In this document: positions 21,180 through 32,609 of the stretch, piece after piece
Layout of the letters: every line of letters starts with the position of its first letter
Numbering within the stretch: the first letter of the stretch is position 1
Assembly (NCBI RefSeq): GCF_001194135.2
Contig: NC_068981.1
Coordinates: 50,249,049-50,281,657, forward strand
From: Octopus bimaculoides
Lineage: Eukaryota
Reading direction: 5' to 3'
Length of the DNA stretch: 32,609 nucleotides
The notes under the pieces: model-generated
What the model was told of the DNA's origin: nothing
The model's input: only the letters and a program-made list of their open reading frames with translations
Databases searched by the model: none
Made by a program: the position numbers and the translations under genes

Positions 21180-24100
21180 CTGAAATGAGCTTTGACTATC
21201 TCTTATCTACATCAACCTGTTCTTTCTCTTCCAGGCGTTTCGTTTAGTTTAAGCAGCCGGTAATTCCTTTCACAGCTTATCTTATGTATACGAATATATC
21301 GAAAGTGTTGCATTTCTGTGGATCACATAGTACATGTCACTAGCAGCACGCCAAAAATATCACCAATGCCCCACCTCCCAATGTGATATGACATTGCACC
21401 TAAAACAATATATAATGCCACCTGAATGTAAAGAACATTGAAAACCCGTCCTTATTAAATACATGTATAAACATTGATACAGGGAATAATTGTGGTATAA
21501 TCCCGTCAAAACAAGTGCAAATATATCATGCTGGATATCATTGGAACAAAGACGCAAATATTTGTACCCTCAACAGATTAACTGCCCTACAGATTTTAAT
21601 ATCTCTTCGAAAATCAAAATCAAAGAGAATAACTCGTGACCACTGCATCGAAAGTTCTGAATTATATGCCCAGATTATAAATTCACATTAATATCGATAA
21701 TAAACATTGCACTAGGATTTGTGAGGAAATTCCTAAGCGACAATCTATATTAGCTAGGGTGTCACATAAAGAAGTCAACCAGGTAAAACGCTCATTACAA
21801 GTACAAGCTGTAGACGATAGAGTAAAATATGCAAGACTTGTCTCAAGTTCACAATGTGATTTTGTTTTTGTTATCTACATTCCAACGAAGAGATCCTGTA
21901 TCTTTGTTTACAAAAGAGCTCCCTCCTTACAGGAAGACTTCAAATAAATAAAGAAAGAAGAGAGCCATGTAACCATGTAAATATCTGTGTGTATGTGTGT
22001 GTGTGTGTTTGTGCGTTTTTTTTGTGGCTATGGTGTGCGTTCGTGTATTAAAATTTGTATTCACACACATTCAGGTACATAAACATACACACAGCTATAT
22101 ATGTATACATATATACACACTCATACGCACACACGCGCACACACGCGCACAATTGTTGATAGTGTACACTATGTATGCTAAAGACAAGAGAAGTATTTTA
22201 CTTTCACATGAAATATCACAAAAGTAATAAATAGTAACTAAACCAAATTTCTGGAATTTTGACAGAAGAAAAATGACTTAAGTATTAAATGAAATGTATG
22301 TACTAAAGTAAACATTGCTTAGATTGAGGTAGGGTGAGTGAGAAGAAAGTGTAGGAAATTATTGGAAAACTCACTAATCATAAAGATTTGAGATGCGAGA
22401 GAAGACAATTATGAATATTACATTTTGATGGGAAATGAGAATTTAGCTAAATTAAATTTTGACTTGCTCGTTCTATATGTTTTAATGAATATACGTAGAA
22501 ACATGAGAATGCACATATGCTTTCTGTATTTACTTCTTTTAAACAATTATCTTTACGTTTCAATTCATATGCTTTCTTTTGTTTATTATTAAATATTTTC
22601 ATATCACATATATGTATCGGATCGGAATCATTCAGTCAGATATATAGACTCTTAGTAACCATAGCTGTCTAGTCATTTCATCTCTTTCAACAGGACATTT
22701 TAACTTTGAATAAATTGAGATTGTGACGTTAATTTTCTGTATAGCTCTTTACCTAAAAGTATTCTCTTCTGTCTTACATATTGTATTAAAGTACACAATA
22801 TACTGAAGTAAATAACTACACTGAATTTTTTTTTTCATTTGCATTTGATATTTAGTGCCCGACATCTTAAAGGTGATTCATGAACTGATATTAATACCTA
22901 TAGACAATTGACTGATTAATTAGGAAGCCGGAGGCATTGATCGATAATTAAATTGATGGACAGATATGCATTTATTTCAACGTAAAAAAATAATTGTACC
23001 AATAGTCTTCAGATTTTATCTTAAATTTAGATACTTCTGGACTAAAACTCCGTTGTAAAGAGAACAAAAACTGATGTCGATGAGTAACATTTCCGAATAT
23101 ATGTCAAGAGAGGTTATGTGAATTGCACTGACAGATGTAGCTATATGGCCTACGATCTTCATAATTCTTTGCTACTTCATATCTGATAGGTTTATGTTGT
23201 GTCGACGCCCCCAGACGATGACGTAGGCTAGCCCAATACATAGATATAGAGAAAGAAGTCTAGACGTCGAGATAGTTGAGTAGAGGTCATTCGAACGTGT
23301 GAGATAAGAGTTTAGTGTATGAATGGCGAACTTAATTTTCAATGTTTAACTGAATCGTCTTATATTCGTAATAAAAAAAAGTTGTGATACACACACAGCT
23401 GTTTCTGAACAGATCTTGTGCAGTTATGTCAGGCATGACGGACAGCGATTATTTCAAACTTTAGCCTTCAACATAAGACTTGAAGCACATAACTATTTTT
23501 AGGCAGTGATGTTACCTAATGTTAAAGTATCAATCCTGTGCGTTCGTTGGGTCCCAATCGGGAAGCCTCTGATAATGTGTCATATCCAAGTCATCACGAC
23601 GCAACTGTTAGCGGCAAGTAACATAGCAACAGCAAGAGGTTCACTGGCTATTGCATCCCTACCACTTTATTAATTTACAGCACATTCATCCACATATATA
23701 TTTGACAAGATGCCAGCTTGCCATTATTCTATAGTTTCGCTTAATTGGTTAAATCCCAATAAGCGTAAAAAGTAAACAAGTGGTCTATTTTTTGCTACTC
23801 TTCTCACACGTTTATATGCGGTTTCCATTGCACTGCCTATTTATTATTTTATTAATCATTATAAATACTGTACTGTACTATGCAGAGATATGAACACTGC
23901 AATATATAGACATTGCAGGGGTAAGAGTCGTTTGTTCTGCAATATTAAAAAAAAAATCTAGCAGACTAACACACTTGGGATGTCTTCGGTAAATTCGATG
24001 AGGGTATTCAGTTCTTCAACATACTAAATTTTTATCTTCATCTATTTAACTTGAAAATAACTGTGAATTCCGTAGGTATGTTTAACGTAATTGTAATTCA

Positions 24101-25819
24101 CAGGCAGTATCAGTGTGAAGAAGCGGGAAAAGTCATGAGTTATATATACAAGTAATCTATCGTGCCTCTATAGACTTTCTGGATATAGTTTTACTCACAT
24201 AATATAGATCGACACAAGGCTATTGATATTATAATTTAAAAGTGGCCTCGCATTGGAAACTAATGTTGTAGCAAGGCAAAAGTTTTACTTCGTCAGTTAT
24301 TCAGGGTAGAATTTTCTTTTTCTTTTTCTTTTTTGAAGTATGTGTCTTTTTACCTATCTTGTATTACGCTTATGAATATAGGAAAGTCTTTACATTCTGA
24401 GATTTTTCTTAATTTTCTTTCAGAAAAGAATTAAATCAAGTATTGCTCCTACGATATTACTCGCATATGTTTCTATTTGATTAATATGAATACAATGCAA
24501 GCACTATTACAACTATAAGCAAGAGATATTAATGTCTTCAATTTTTTGATAGAAAAGAAATTTGAATCACTGAGCTAATAAACGTACATCCTAAATGCAT
24601 CTCCTTTCTGTTTCTTCATTGAATATTTTTGCCAATAATCTTATCTTGCCTTACTATTGATGCTAATTTCGTATCCCTGATTTGTATACAATTCTTTGCA
24701 ATAACTGTAATCTTCTTTTAAATATTTCAATACATCCAATTATTTATACTAAGAACAAAACATATATATCAACACTCTTCATAGAAATGTGCACTAGTCT
24801 TACATACATACAAGCATACATAAATACATGCATACGTACTTCTGGCATAAAAGCTTCTTCAAATTATGTTATATTGTAATTTATTGAAACGCCAGGAAGT
24901 GGTGGTGTGTAACAGGAGAGTTAATATATTCCAATTTATTCCGAAAAATATTAATAAACGTGATCACATTTACGCAACTTCTATCAGAATGGGGTTACCT
25001 GCCTTCATTGGTATGTTTGACTAAAATCTAACTCTCACGAAAACGTTATCTTGATATATGTAAAATATCATGTAAAATTAAGGACAATGAATTCATGTGT
25101 CCCAGAACTATCTTAAAACGATTTGGGGATCTAAGTCATAAAACATTTTTATATCTAATAGTTGTATTGAAAATTATTTTGGAAAAATATTTAATTACCT
25201 TCCAGCAATATATATCAATAAAGATATTTTAGTATGCAATAGAAAAAAAATGAGAAAACATCATACCAATTTCTACCTCGAATATTTAACAAATATATTT
25301 ACATATTGCGTGACTTACAAATTTGTGACCCTAGTAGATATGACAAACAATTTTGCTTTTTTTATCGAAAATATATTATTATAAGTGAGAGAATAATTAA
25401 ACAAACAATTAAGCGAATAAACTAGATATTATAATTTGAGCTCCAAACAATCGATATAATGAAGTAATTACTATTTAATATTTCAGATTTTTCATATTCC
25501 CATTTAAACAAAAAATGATGTATTATATTACAAATATTGGTTGTCGATAAAATAATTGATTATATTATTTTTCTTATTCAGATAGAAATTTGCTAGAATA
25601 TTAATTTATTTAAACAATATCAATTATTAGTCGGTTTTCCTGACACATTGATAATATAAATAACGTTCGATGTTCTAGTGAATTCATCCTACAACAGATG
25701 TCTGGCAAAGCTGAATTAAGAGCTATAATTCAGAAGTGCGCATCAAGACAAGCGGGCAGCTCTGAATGCATGTTTCTGCTTGAATTGCCTTAATTTGCAC
25801 ATCGTTGCCCTACGTTCAA

Positions 25820-25870
25820 TGACACTATTCATAAGACATGTACGTACATGCATACATACATCCATACATA

Positions 25871-25905
<35 letters not shown>

Positions 25906-26875
25906 NNNNNNNNNNNNNNNNNNNNNNNNNNNNNNNNNNNNNNNNNNNNNNNNNNNNNNNNNNNNNNNNNNNNNNNNNNNNNNNNNNNNNNNNNNNNNNN
26001 NNNNNNNNNNNNNNNNNNNNNNNNNNNNNNNNNNNNNNNNNNNNNNNNNNNNNNNNNNNNNNNNNNNNNNNNNNNNNNNNNNNNNNNNNNNNNNNNNNNN
26101 NNNNNNNNNNNNNNNNNNNNNNNNNNNNNNNNNNNNNNNNNNNNNNNNNNNNNNNNNNNNNNNNNNNNNNNNNNNNNNNNNNNNNNNNNNNNNNNNNNNN
26201 NNNNNNNNNNNNNNNNNNNNNNNNNNNNNNNNNNNNNNNNNNNNNNNNNNNNNNNNNNNNNNNNNNNNNNNNNNNNNNNNNNNNNNNNNNNNNNNNNNNN
26301 NNNNNNNNNNNNNNNNNNNNNNNNNNNNNNNNNNNNNNNNNNNNNNNNNNNNNNNNNNNNNNNNNNNNNNNNNNNNNNNNNNNNNNNNNNNNNNNNNNNN
26401 NNNNNNNNNNNNNNNNNNNNNNNNNNNNNNNNNNNNNNNNNNNNNNNNNNNNNNNNNNNNNNNNNNNNNNNNNNNNNNNNNNNNNNNNNNNNNNNNNNNN
26501 NNNNNNNNNNNNNNNNNNNNNNNNNNNNNNNNNNNNNNNNNNNNNNNNNNNNNNNNNNNNNNNNNNNNNNNNNNNNNNNNNNNNNNNNNNNNNNNNNNNN
26601 NNNNNNNNNNNNNNNNNNNNNNNNNNNNNNNNNNNNNNNNNNNNNNNNNNNNNNNNNNNNNNNNNNNNNNNNNNNNNNNNNNNNNNNNNNNNNNNNNNNN
26701 NNNNNNNNNNNNNNNNNNNNNNNNNNNNNNNNNNNNNNNNNNNNNNNNNNNNNNNNNNNNNNNNNNNNNNNNNNNNNNNNNNNNNNNNNNNNNNNNNTAT
26801 ATATATATATATATATATATATATGCGTGTGTGTGTGTGTGTGTGTGTGTGAGTGTGTGTGTGTGTGTGTGTGTA
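25820..26875. repeat. (TACA)/(TA)n - assembly gap (25906-26797) - (TA)n/(TG)n
   Basis: Directly visible simple repeats flanking an 892-nt N run. Confidence 0.95.
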
Positions 26876-26890
26876 CACCAACATACTCAC

Positions 26891-26928
26891 TGCCGAGCCG
26901 AATATGGAGGTACTTTCAACTGTCGTAC
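26891..26928 (-). CDS. Candidate micro-exon (38 nt)
   Basis: Strong donor GCA|GTGAGT; acceptor CCCTTTCTTTGAGTCTGACGTAG|. Two open readings: VRQLKVPPYSAR (phase 0 to 2) or (G)TTVESTSIFGSA (phase 1 to 0). Confidence 0.25.
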
Positions 26929-26999
26929 CTACGTCAGACTCAAAGAAAGGGTTTTGTGTTTATAACATTTTATTGAAACCTGATATTATTATGGGTAAA

Positions 27000-27890
27000 A
27001 ATTAGGAGATAGATTTCATTCATTTTTAAGATATAAATTGCAGAGTCGCAATCTCTGCCAAAATTCAGTGATGCATATTTACAAGAACTCTGACGACCGA
27101 CAATACTGTCGTGACATCTAAGGAAATTTTTCTCTCTGACTTGCAGGAAAATACTGTCACATATACTGACTAAAAGAATGCAAAGTTATCCAAAGAAGTG
27201 CATCCTTACAATTTTGTGCAGGTATACCAACGCCGTTATTTTCATTTCGTATAACGTGTTTCAGCTTCCATTATATTTATTAACTTCATGAAGGCTTTCA
27301 ACTAATGAGTTATGTATCCGATATGGTTTGATGAATTTGTGGAGAGGGTGTACATTTGGTATATCCTTAAAATTTTCCTTTGGGTGTGACAGCCCGACGC
27401 GTCTTTATGACCACATATGAAGAAGAACATGGCTGTGTTTGCTTGTATGTCATTTTCTTTAGTTCTGAATTCCTCTCTAAAATGATATCAAGTGAAGTTA
27501 GACATAGTGGTTGTAGAGATAGATGCATTAGATCCTAAATTCTGTTAATAAATTTCGAAATGTCTCTATTTTCTGCAGAAATATCTCGAGTCTACTGGAA
27601 TTTATGTAGAGAACTGTACGCAATTTTGTATATAACAATTCAGGTTGAAAGTTACTTCAGGTGCAAAAGAAAGCCTTCGAGTATACTTCATATACTTTTC
27701 TCACCCAATTTCATTTACAATTTTAAAATATTTCAAAGCATTAAAAGTAGACTTGCAAAATGTATTTATTGGCAATAATTAGCAACGCAGGAAATCGTCA
27801 CTAATTGAACCTCCAAATTCATGCCGTTAATAGCGCACATAAAGCGACACAGTTAGAAAAATCTGTACGCTTAGTAACTGTAAAGGACAC
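27000..27890 (+). mobile_element. Highly decayed RTE-like LINE reverse-transcriptase fragment
   Basis: + strand: IYKNSDDRQYCRDI*GNFSL*LAGKILSHILTKRM (27077-27180; cf. LYKNKGD.SDC.NYRGISLLSIAGKILARILLNRL), FINFMKAFN (about 27276-27302; cf. FVDLTKAFD), and TGIYV (cf. the RTE GI.I.YR motif). Many stops. Confidence 0.6.
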
Positions 27891-28605
27891 TACTGATTTT
27901 AAGCATTGTTTTATTAGCTGAGTTTTTTTTTTCTCAATTCATAATTAGAATTAGATTTTTTAGTCACTTTACAGGGAGGTTTTATTAATGGAATCACATA
28001 ACACTTTGCTAATTGATCTGTATGCATTGAAGAAGTAATCGCTTTGATACCAGGTGCAATTATTTTTGTCGCTGTTAAGTGATTTAAAAAAAAAATTGTC
28101 TGTTAAAAGAGACATGCCATAAGATACAAATATAACATTTTTGCTATCAGAATTAGTTGTTACATTTACAGTTGAATGCTGTCTTCAAATTAGTTCTAAT
28201 CATCTTTTAAATTAATAAACATGTTTGCTAATATGTTCTTTACGCTTCCTTTCAAAATCTCGGTGAGCATTATTTGCATTATATTTCAGTTCCACAATCA
28301 ACAGAATATGGCCTCAGCTCACATTCATGGAATTTGTCTATACATACCCGAGATATGTATTCATCACATTATTTACGGGTTTTGCCTTTCGACTGATAAT
28401 CCCGTCTTTTTTTCTGTTTGAACATTTGTCATAACGTGTCCTTTCAACGCGTTTCGAGGTTTAACAACTGATCATTAATGTCATGTGAATTTCTGCTTAG
28501 ATATCTAAAGTATTTTTGTCATTGAAGTAGGTAATATCGTTACAAAGCAATTGGTTCACAACCGTAGAGGTAGCATAGATGAATAAGGAATGTAATGTTA
28601 TATAC

Positions 28606-28679
28606 CTTATTCACAGTATTATATCTATTATATGCACTATTAATAGCAACAGTTTCACCGGTTGCTATTACATGAGAAT
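28606..28679 (-). CDS. Candidate internal exon (74 nt, phase 1 to 0) of an unidentified host gene
   Basis: Acceptor CTTAATTGCTTTTATGCAG|, donor AAG|GTATAT. Only one of three frames is open: xSHVIATGETVAINSAYNRYNTVNK. Confidence 0.35.
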
Positions 28680-31040
28680 CTGCATAAAAGCAATTAAGCA
28701 TTATGATTCGGGAATACTGCAGAAATATGACGGATTTGTGCACGAATAACAGACATTAAATTTCTAGATGTCACTGCTTATTCAGAACATATCTACCAAG
28801 TGGTGTGTGAGAGCGTGGGTTTCGTATCACAGAACCATGAATTTCCTGACTTATGCCCAATATCTCAATTTTATGCAAAGCAACATAAAACTGAGAAATT
28901 ACGCATTAATAATATACATGTTTTATATGTTTATATGAACATAGTAATATGATAAGTAAACATATTACTGTGTAGCAGCACTTTTCTTTTTTAAAAAATA
29001 TTCTTATATTTATTTACAAAATGTTGCCATCAATATATAATATAATGTCTGTACCCGATATCTTTTGTAAAATGTAACTTGCAAAACAAGCTATACTTCA
29101 TAGCTGAAAAATAGTAGTTGAATATAGATTTCCAAGCTAAAATATAGACTACATAGATTTCAAATACATATAAATTAGAAGCATATTGATCTACATATGG
29201 ATTATATAGATTTCAAATACCTGAAACGAAATATCACCAAACATGTTCACTCTATCTTTCGAAGCTTCCTCGTACAAGCAATGGAAACAGCATTCAACTT
29301 TTATTCTTTCCAGATAGGCTGTCGCTTATTCTTCGAAATTTAGATCGTCTTCCGTCACATCTTTTCGCCCTGATATATTTCATAACTACTCTACACTTCG
29401 TAATTTGCGCCTTGAACTTCTTTCATCGAATTTTGAATTTATTGTCTGTATTTTATGTGGCTAAATCTAGAACGTGCCTAGTTAGAACACGGTTCGAAGC
29501 CAAAACACACACGCATTTTAAATTACTCCGGCAGAATTACGAACACCTTGAAATTGTGAATCTTTAAATTTTTGTCACACCAAACAGTTATTGTTATTAC
29601 AATGAAGGTTTTTATTATTTTGAAAGAAGCTCATTAAACGTATGTATTAAATTTGTTTCACCACAGTGAAGTACCAACACTAGATTGCAAATTGATGATC
29701 CACCAAATGACCGTTTGTAGATCATTCTGCATTTTTTAATGTCAGCACCTGAAATACATCTTGTATATCGTTACGACGAATAAATGCCACGAGAATTAAG
29801 TGCCATAACTAGATTTTATGTGCATCCAAGTTGCTCTTAGATGGGTCTGAGTTTAAAATTCTATTCGTCATTAGTATCTCTCGCTATGTGCAAAACTGGA
29901 TCAAATGAAATGAATATTTCAGTTAATCTTTGGAATACGAATTGCCATGAACTATTCCATGGCTTTTAATATATTCACTATGAAGATCAATTGTCATCAC
30001 TAATTCCATATGGATGTTTAATGTATAAATTCAAATGGAGTGAAACTCAGCAAGCTTTAATTTTGCTATTCTGTTACCAATATGACAGCTCTAACCCCGC
30101 TTTTACTTTAACTACCTAAGATTTCCATTAAGAAGTATGCATGTCCACTTCACGCATATGTCTGATAAATCTCACCATCCGAACGAACCTGAGATACCTT
30201 AGTAGATCTTTGGCCCGATATTGGAGATCCCCTTTCCGTTCATCCGTCAATCGGCTTAACGTTAGAGGGGTCAAATCGTACTAATGCTCAAGTAAGAGAT
30301 AGCATTACATGAATAAGACACCTTTATGTAACTTCTAGACATTAACTACAAGAAGCATAATATCAAAAGCTGCATGATGCACTGTTTCTACTCCTAGCCA
30401 CTATTTATGAGTAATGTCAGTACTAAAGTATCATTCATTCAAGAGAATTCTGCCTAATTCTGGGGCAGCATGTATCATAGCATATGAAGGACGTTAATAA
30501 ACATTTAATGTACCTCTAATTATAGTTTTTTTTTTTTTGGTATTTGCTATTCTGTCATGTTTCGACACGCCAATTTTTGGATTTAGCAGGCGGCTTAAAA
30601 ATAGTACAAGTACAGTATTTGCTGACATATCAACGTATCAGCATATGTAACAAAAAAATCACGTGCGACACAGATAGCATATATTTACATTGTCAAAACA
30701 GTCCAAACTACCAGGGTGAAATGGAACACGTAAGAAAGACAGCTTGGTTTCCCGGTTTTAAGTAAAAATACTTTCCGAATCCATGCATTTAAATAAACAT
30801 GTACATACACATACATACACATATTAACGCATGCACTCACGATCACACACACTCACTGTATTAATTTCTATTTTATACCCTTTAATTTAATTTTAAATTT
30901 TTTATTTTATTTTTTTTTTATTTTCATTTTTTATCTTGTATCTCTTATTTTTTGTATTTTTTATTCATTTTTAATTTTTTCATCCCCTTTTATTCCCCTT
31001 CTTTTATCGATCTTTTATTTTATTTTATTTTAGTTCTGTA

Positions 31041-32063
31041 TGAACGCACGCATACATACACACACGTACATATACACACACGCACACATACACGCACGCG
31101 CAGACACATGAACACACATATACCTCACATATATCTCCCGCACACACCACACACATTCACACAGCACACATACATGCACACACATACATATACATACATG
31201 CATGCACACACCCATACGCACACGTATATACACACGCACAATACACACTCACCCACGCACATACACGCACCCCCACACACGCGTGCACACAGAAACGCAT
31301 ATAAACCTACATGCACAAAACCGCACACCACACACTTGCATAAACACACGCTCTTACATTCACACACACGCACACATACACACACAACATGCACATTCAC
31401 GTACACACACATCTATGTGCACACACACGTACACACACGTGCATACACATACACACACGCACACACGCTTGGACATATACACGCGCACACACGCACGCAC
31501 ACTTACACACAGGAATGCGCACAGACATAACACACGACTTCACGCACACACATACACACACGCATACAGGTGCACATACACACAACTACACCCACATACA
31601 CACGCGCACACACACGCACAGACACACGCGCAGACACCCACAGAAACGCACATAACCTCCACACACATGTACACAAGCCACACACACGCACATACACATA
31701 CACACGCACACACACATACACACACGCACAAACACATATACACACGCACCACACACACACACACAACCCTACGTATATGAATACACATATGCACACGTAC
31801 ACAATACACATATGCACGCACACCCGCACACAGATATACACACATACACACACACATGAATGCACACATACCTCCCACACATACAACACACACTCATACA
31901 TACACGCAGACACACACAGGAAAACACACACAACCCCTCCCCACGCACACGCACATGAACAGGCACATACACACATGCACGCGCACAGACGCATGCACCC
32001 ACCACACAGAAAACACACACGACATATACACACATACATGCATACACACGCAAACACGCACGC
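31041..32063. repeat. About 1-kb cryptic (CA)-based low-complexity tract
   Basis: Almost continuous purine/pyrimidine alternation (CA, TA, CG) with strong strand asymmetry. It is preceded by a T-rich tract (about 30860-31030) and explains all HT-rich and CV-rich ORFs at 30952-32248. Confidence 0.92.
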
Positions 32064-32564
32064 ATTTCAAACTGCCTGTCAAATACCTTTCTACTAGCCA
32101 TTAAATTATTCCTACAACATGGAGACAGATTGAGAGACACATTTAACTTGGCGAGAGAAAGGCGGGCAAACATTAGTATTTCATGCTTCCTAGTCGTAAA
32201 ATATGTGATTCGAACCCCAGAACCGGCCGTCGTACTTTTAATACTCAAACTTTTTATATTTTACCTTTTTTTCCGGACTCTTAACTTTATAATTCTATGT
32301 TATCGTTATTATTCCGTAAGTTGAACTATATACATATACATATATTTTCAATATATTTTTAATGTGTTTATATATTTATGCATTCATTGATTTTTTTTTA
32401 TGTATCGATAAGTCAATATACTTTTACTATATTCATATATCTGTATATTTTTAATATGTTTGATGTGTTGAATATATCTTAAAAAATTTATGAATTTGGA
32501 TTCTATGGTTGAATGTATGTATTATTACATGTGAATTCTTTTGCTAAATTTGATTCTCATTTAT

Positions 32565-32609
32565 GCATATATACATGCATACATACATACATACATATAT
32601 ATATATATA
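32565..32609. repeat. (TACA)/(TA)n microsatellite at the window end
   Basis: Directly visible. Confidence 0.9.

Noticed and set aside
27148-27660. Strong-looking + strand splice acceptors (27148, 27579) with open frames
   Set aside because: They fall inside the decayed RTE reverse-transcriptase remnant, whose motifs explain the open frames.
28446-28476. Penelope-type minimal hammerhead look-alike on minus strand (ATGATCA...CTCGAAACGCGTT with palindromic ACGCGT)
   Set aside because: The core deviates from CUGANGA at two positions, stem II and stem I do not pair convincingly, and no Penelope RT or GIY-YIG coding is nearby.
29455-29505. Possible Pol III A/B boxes (TGGCTAAATCTAG ... GGTTCGAAGCC)
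   Set aside because: No cloverleaf and no recognisable SINE body; at best a very old SINE head.
30172-30276. Minus-strand exon look-alike YDLTPLTLSRLTDERKGDLQYRAKDLLRYLRFVRM with ATG|GTGAGA donor (and a 25-nt one at 32087-32111)
   Set aside because: Plausible, but its phase does not connect to the 28606-28679 candidate without another unseen exon, so it was not promoted to a feature.
30952-32248. Many overlapping His/Thr-rich and Cys/Val-rich ORFs up to 192 aa
   Set aside because: They are translations of the (CA)/(TG) low-complexity tract, open in most frames on both strands because the repeat lacks stop codons.
1-32609. CRISPR arrays, rRNA, genuine tRNA genes, prokaryotic operons or defence systems
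   Set aside because: No regular repeat-spacer array, no conserved rRNA or complete tRNA structure and no gene-dense coding were seen; the tRNA-like segments are SINE heads.

Overview
AT-rich, microsatellite-saturated eukaryotic DNA from a gapped draft assembly (six N-runs, about 2.4 kb in total, mostly beside (TA)n or other simple repeats). The tRNA-SINE heads and repeat content suggest a cephalopod (octopus-like) genome; this is inference, not a database result. There is no intact long ORF, no RNA gene, no CRISPR array and nothing prokaryotic, and most entries in the supplied ORF track are microsatellite or N artefacts. What can be supported is a graveyard of transposable elements. These are a dead CR1-like LINE (about 2.8-5.0 kb), two RTE-like LINE fragments, two tRNA-derived SINE pieces, an internally deleted mariner, the decayed Pif1-helicase end of an autonomous Helitron, two copies of a non-autonomous Helitron carrying a (GACA)n seed (one with complete TC/hairpin-CTAG termini), a Helentron-like 3' end and a foldback element with about 180-bp arms. 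The points most worth a second look are a seamless SINE-head/RTE-3' end/SINE chimera, a rolling-circle-element neighbourhood with a hairpin-conserving direct repeat and structured satellites, and short GC-richer minus-strand exon candidates that may belong to an unidentified host gene. I found no clear evidence of a new biological system.
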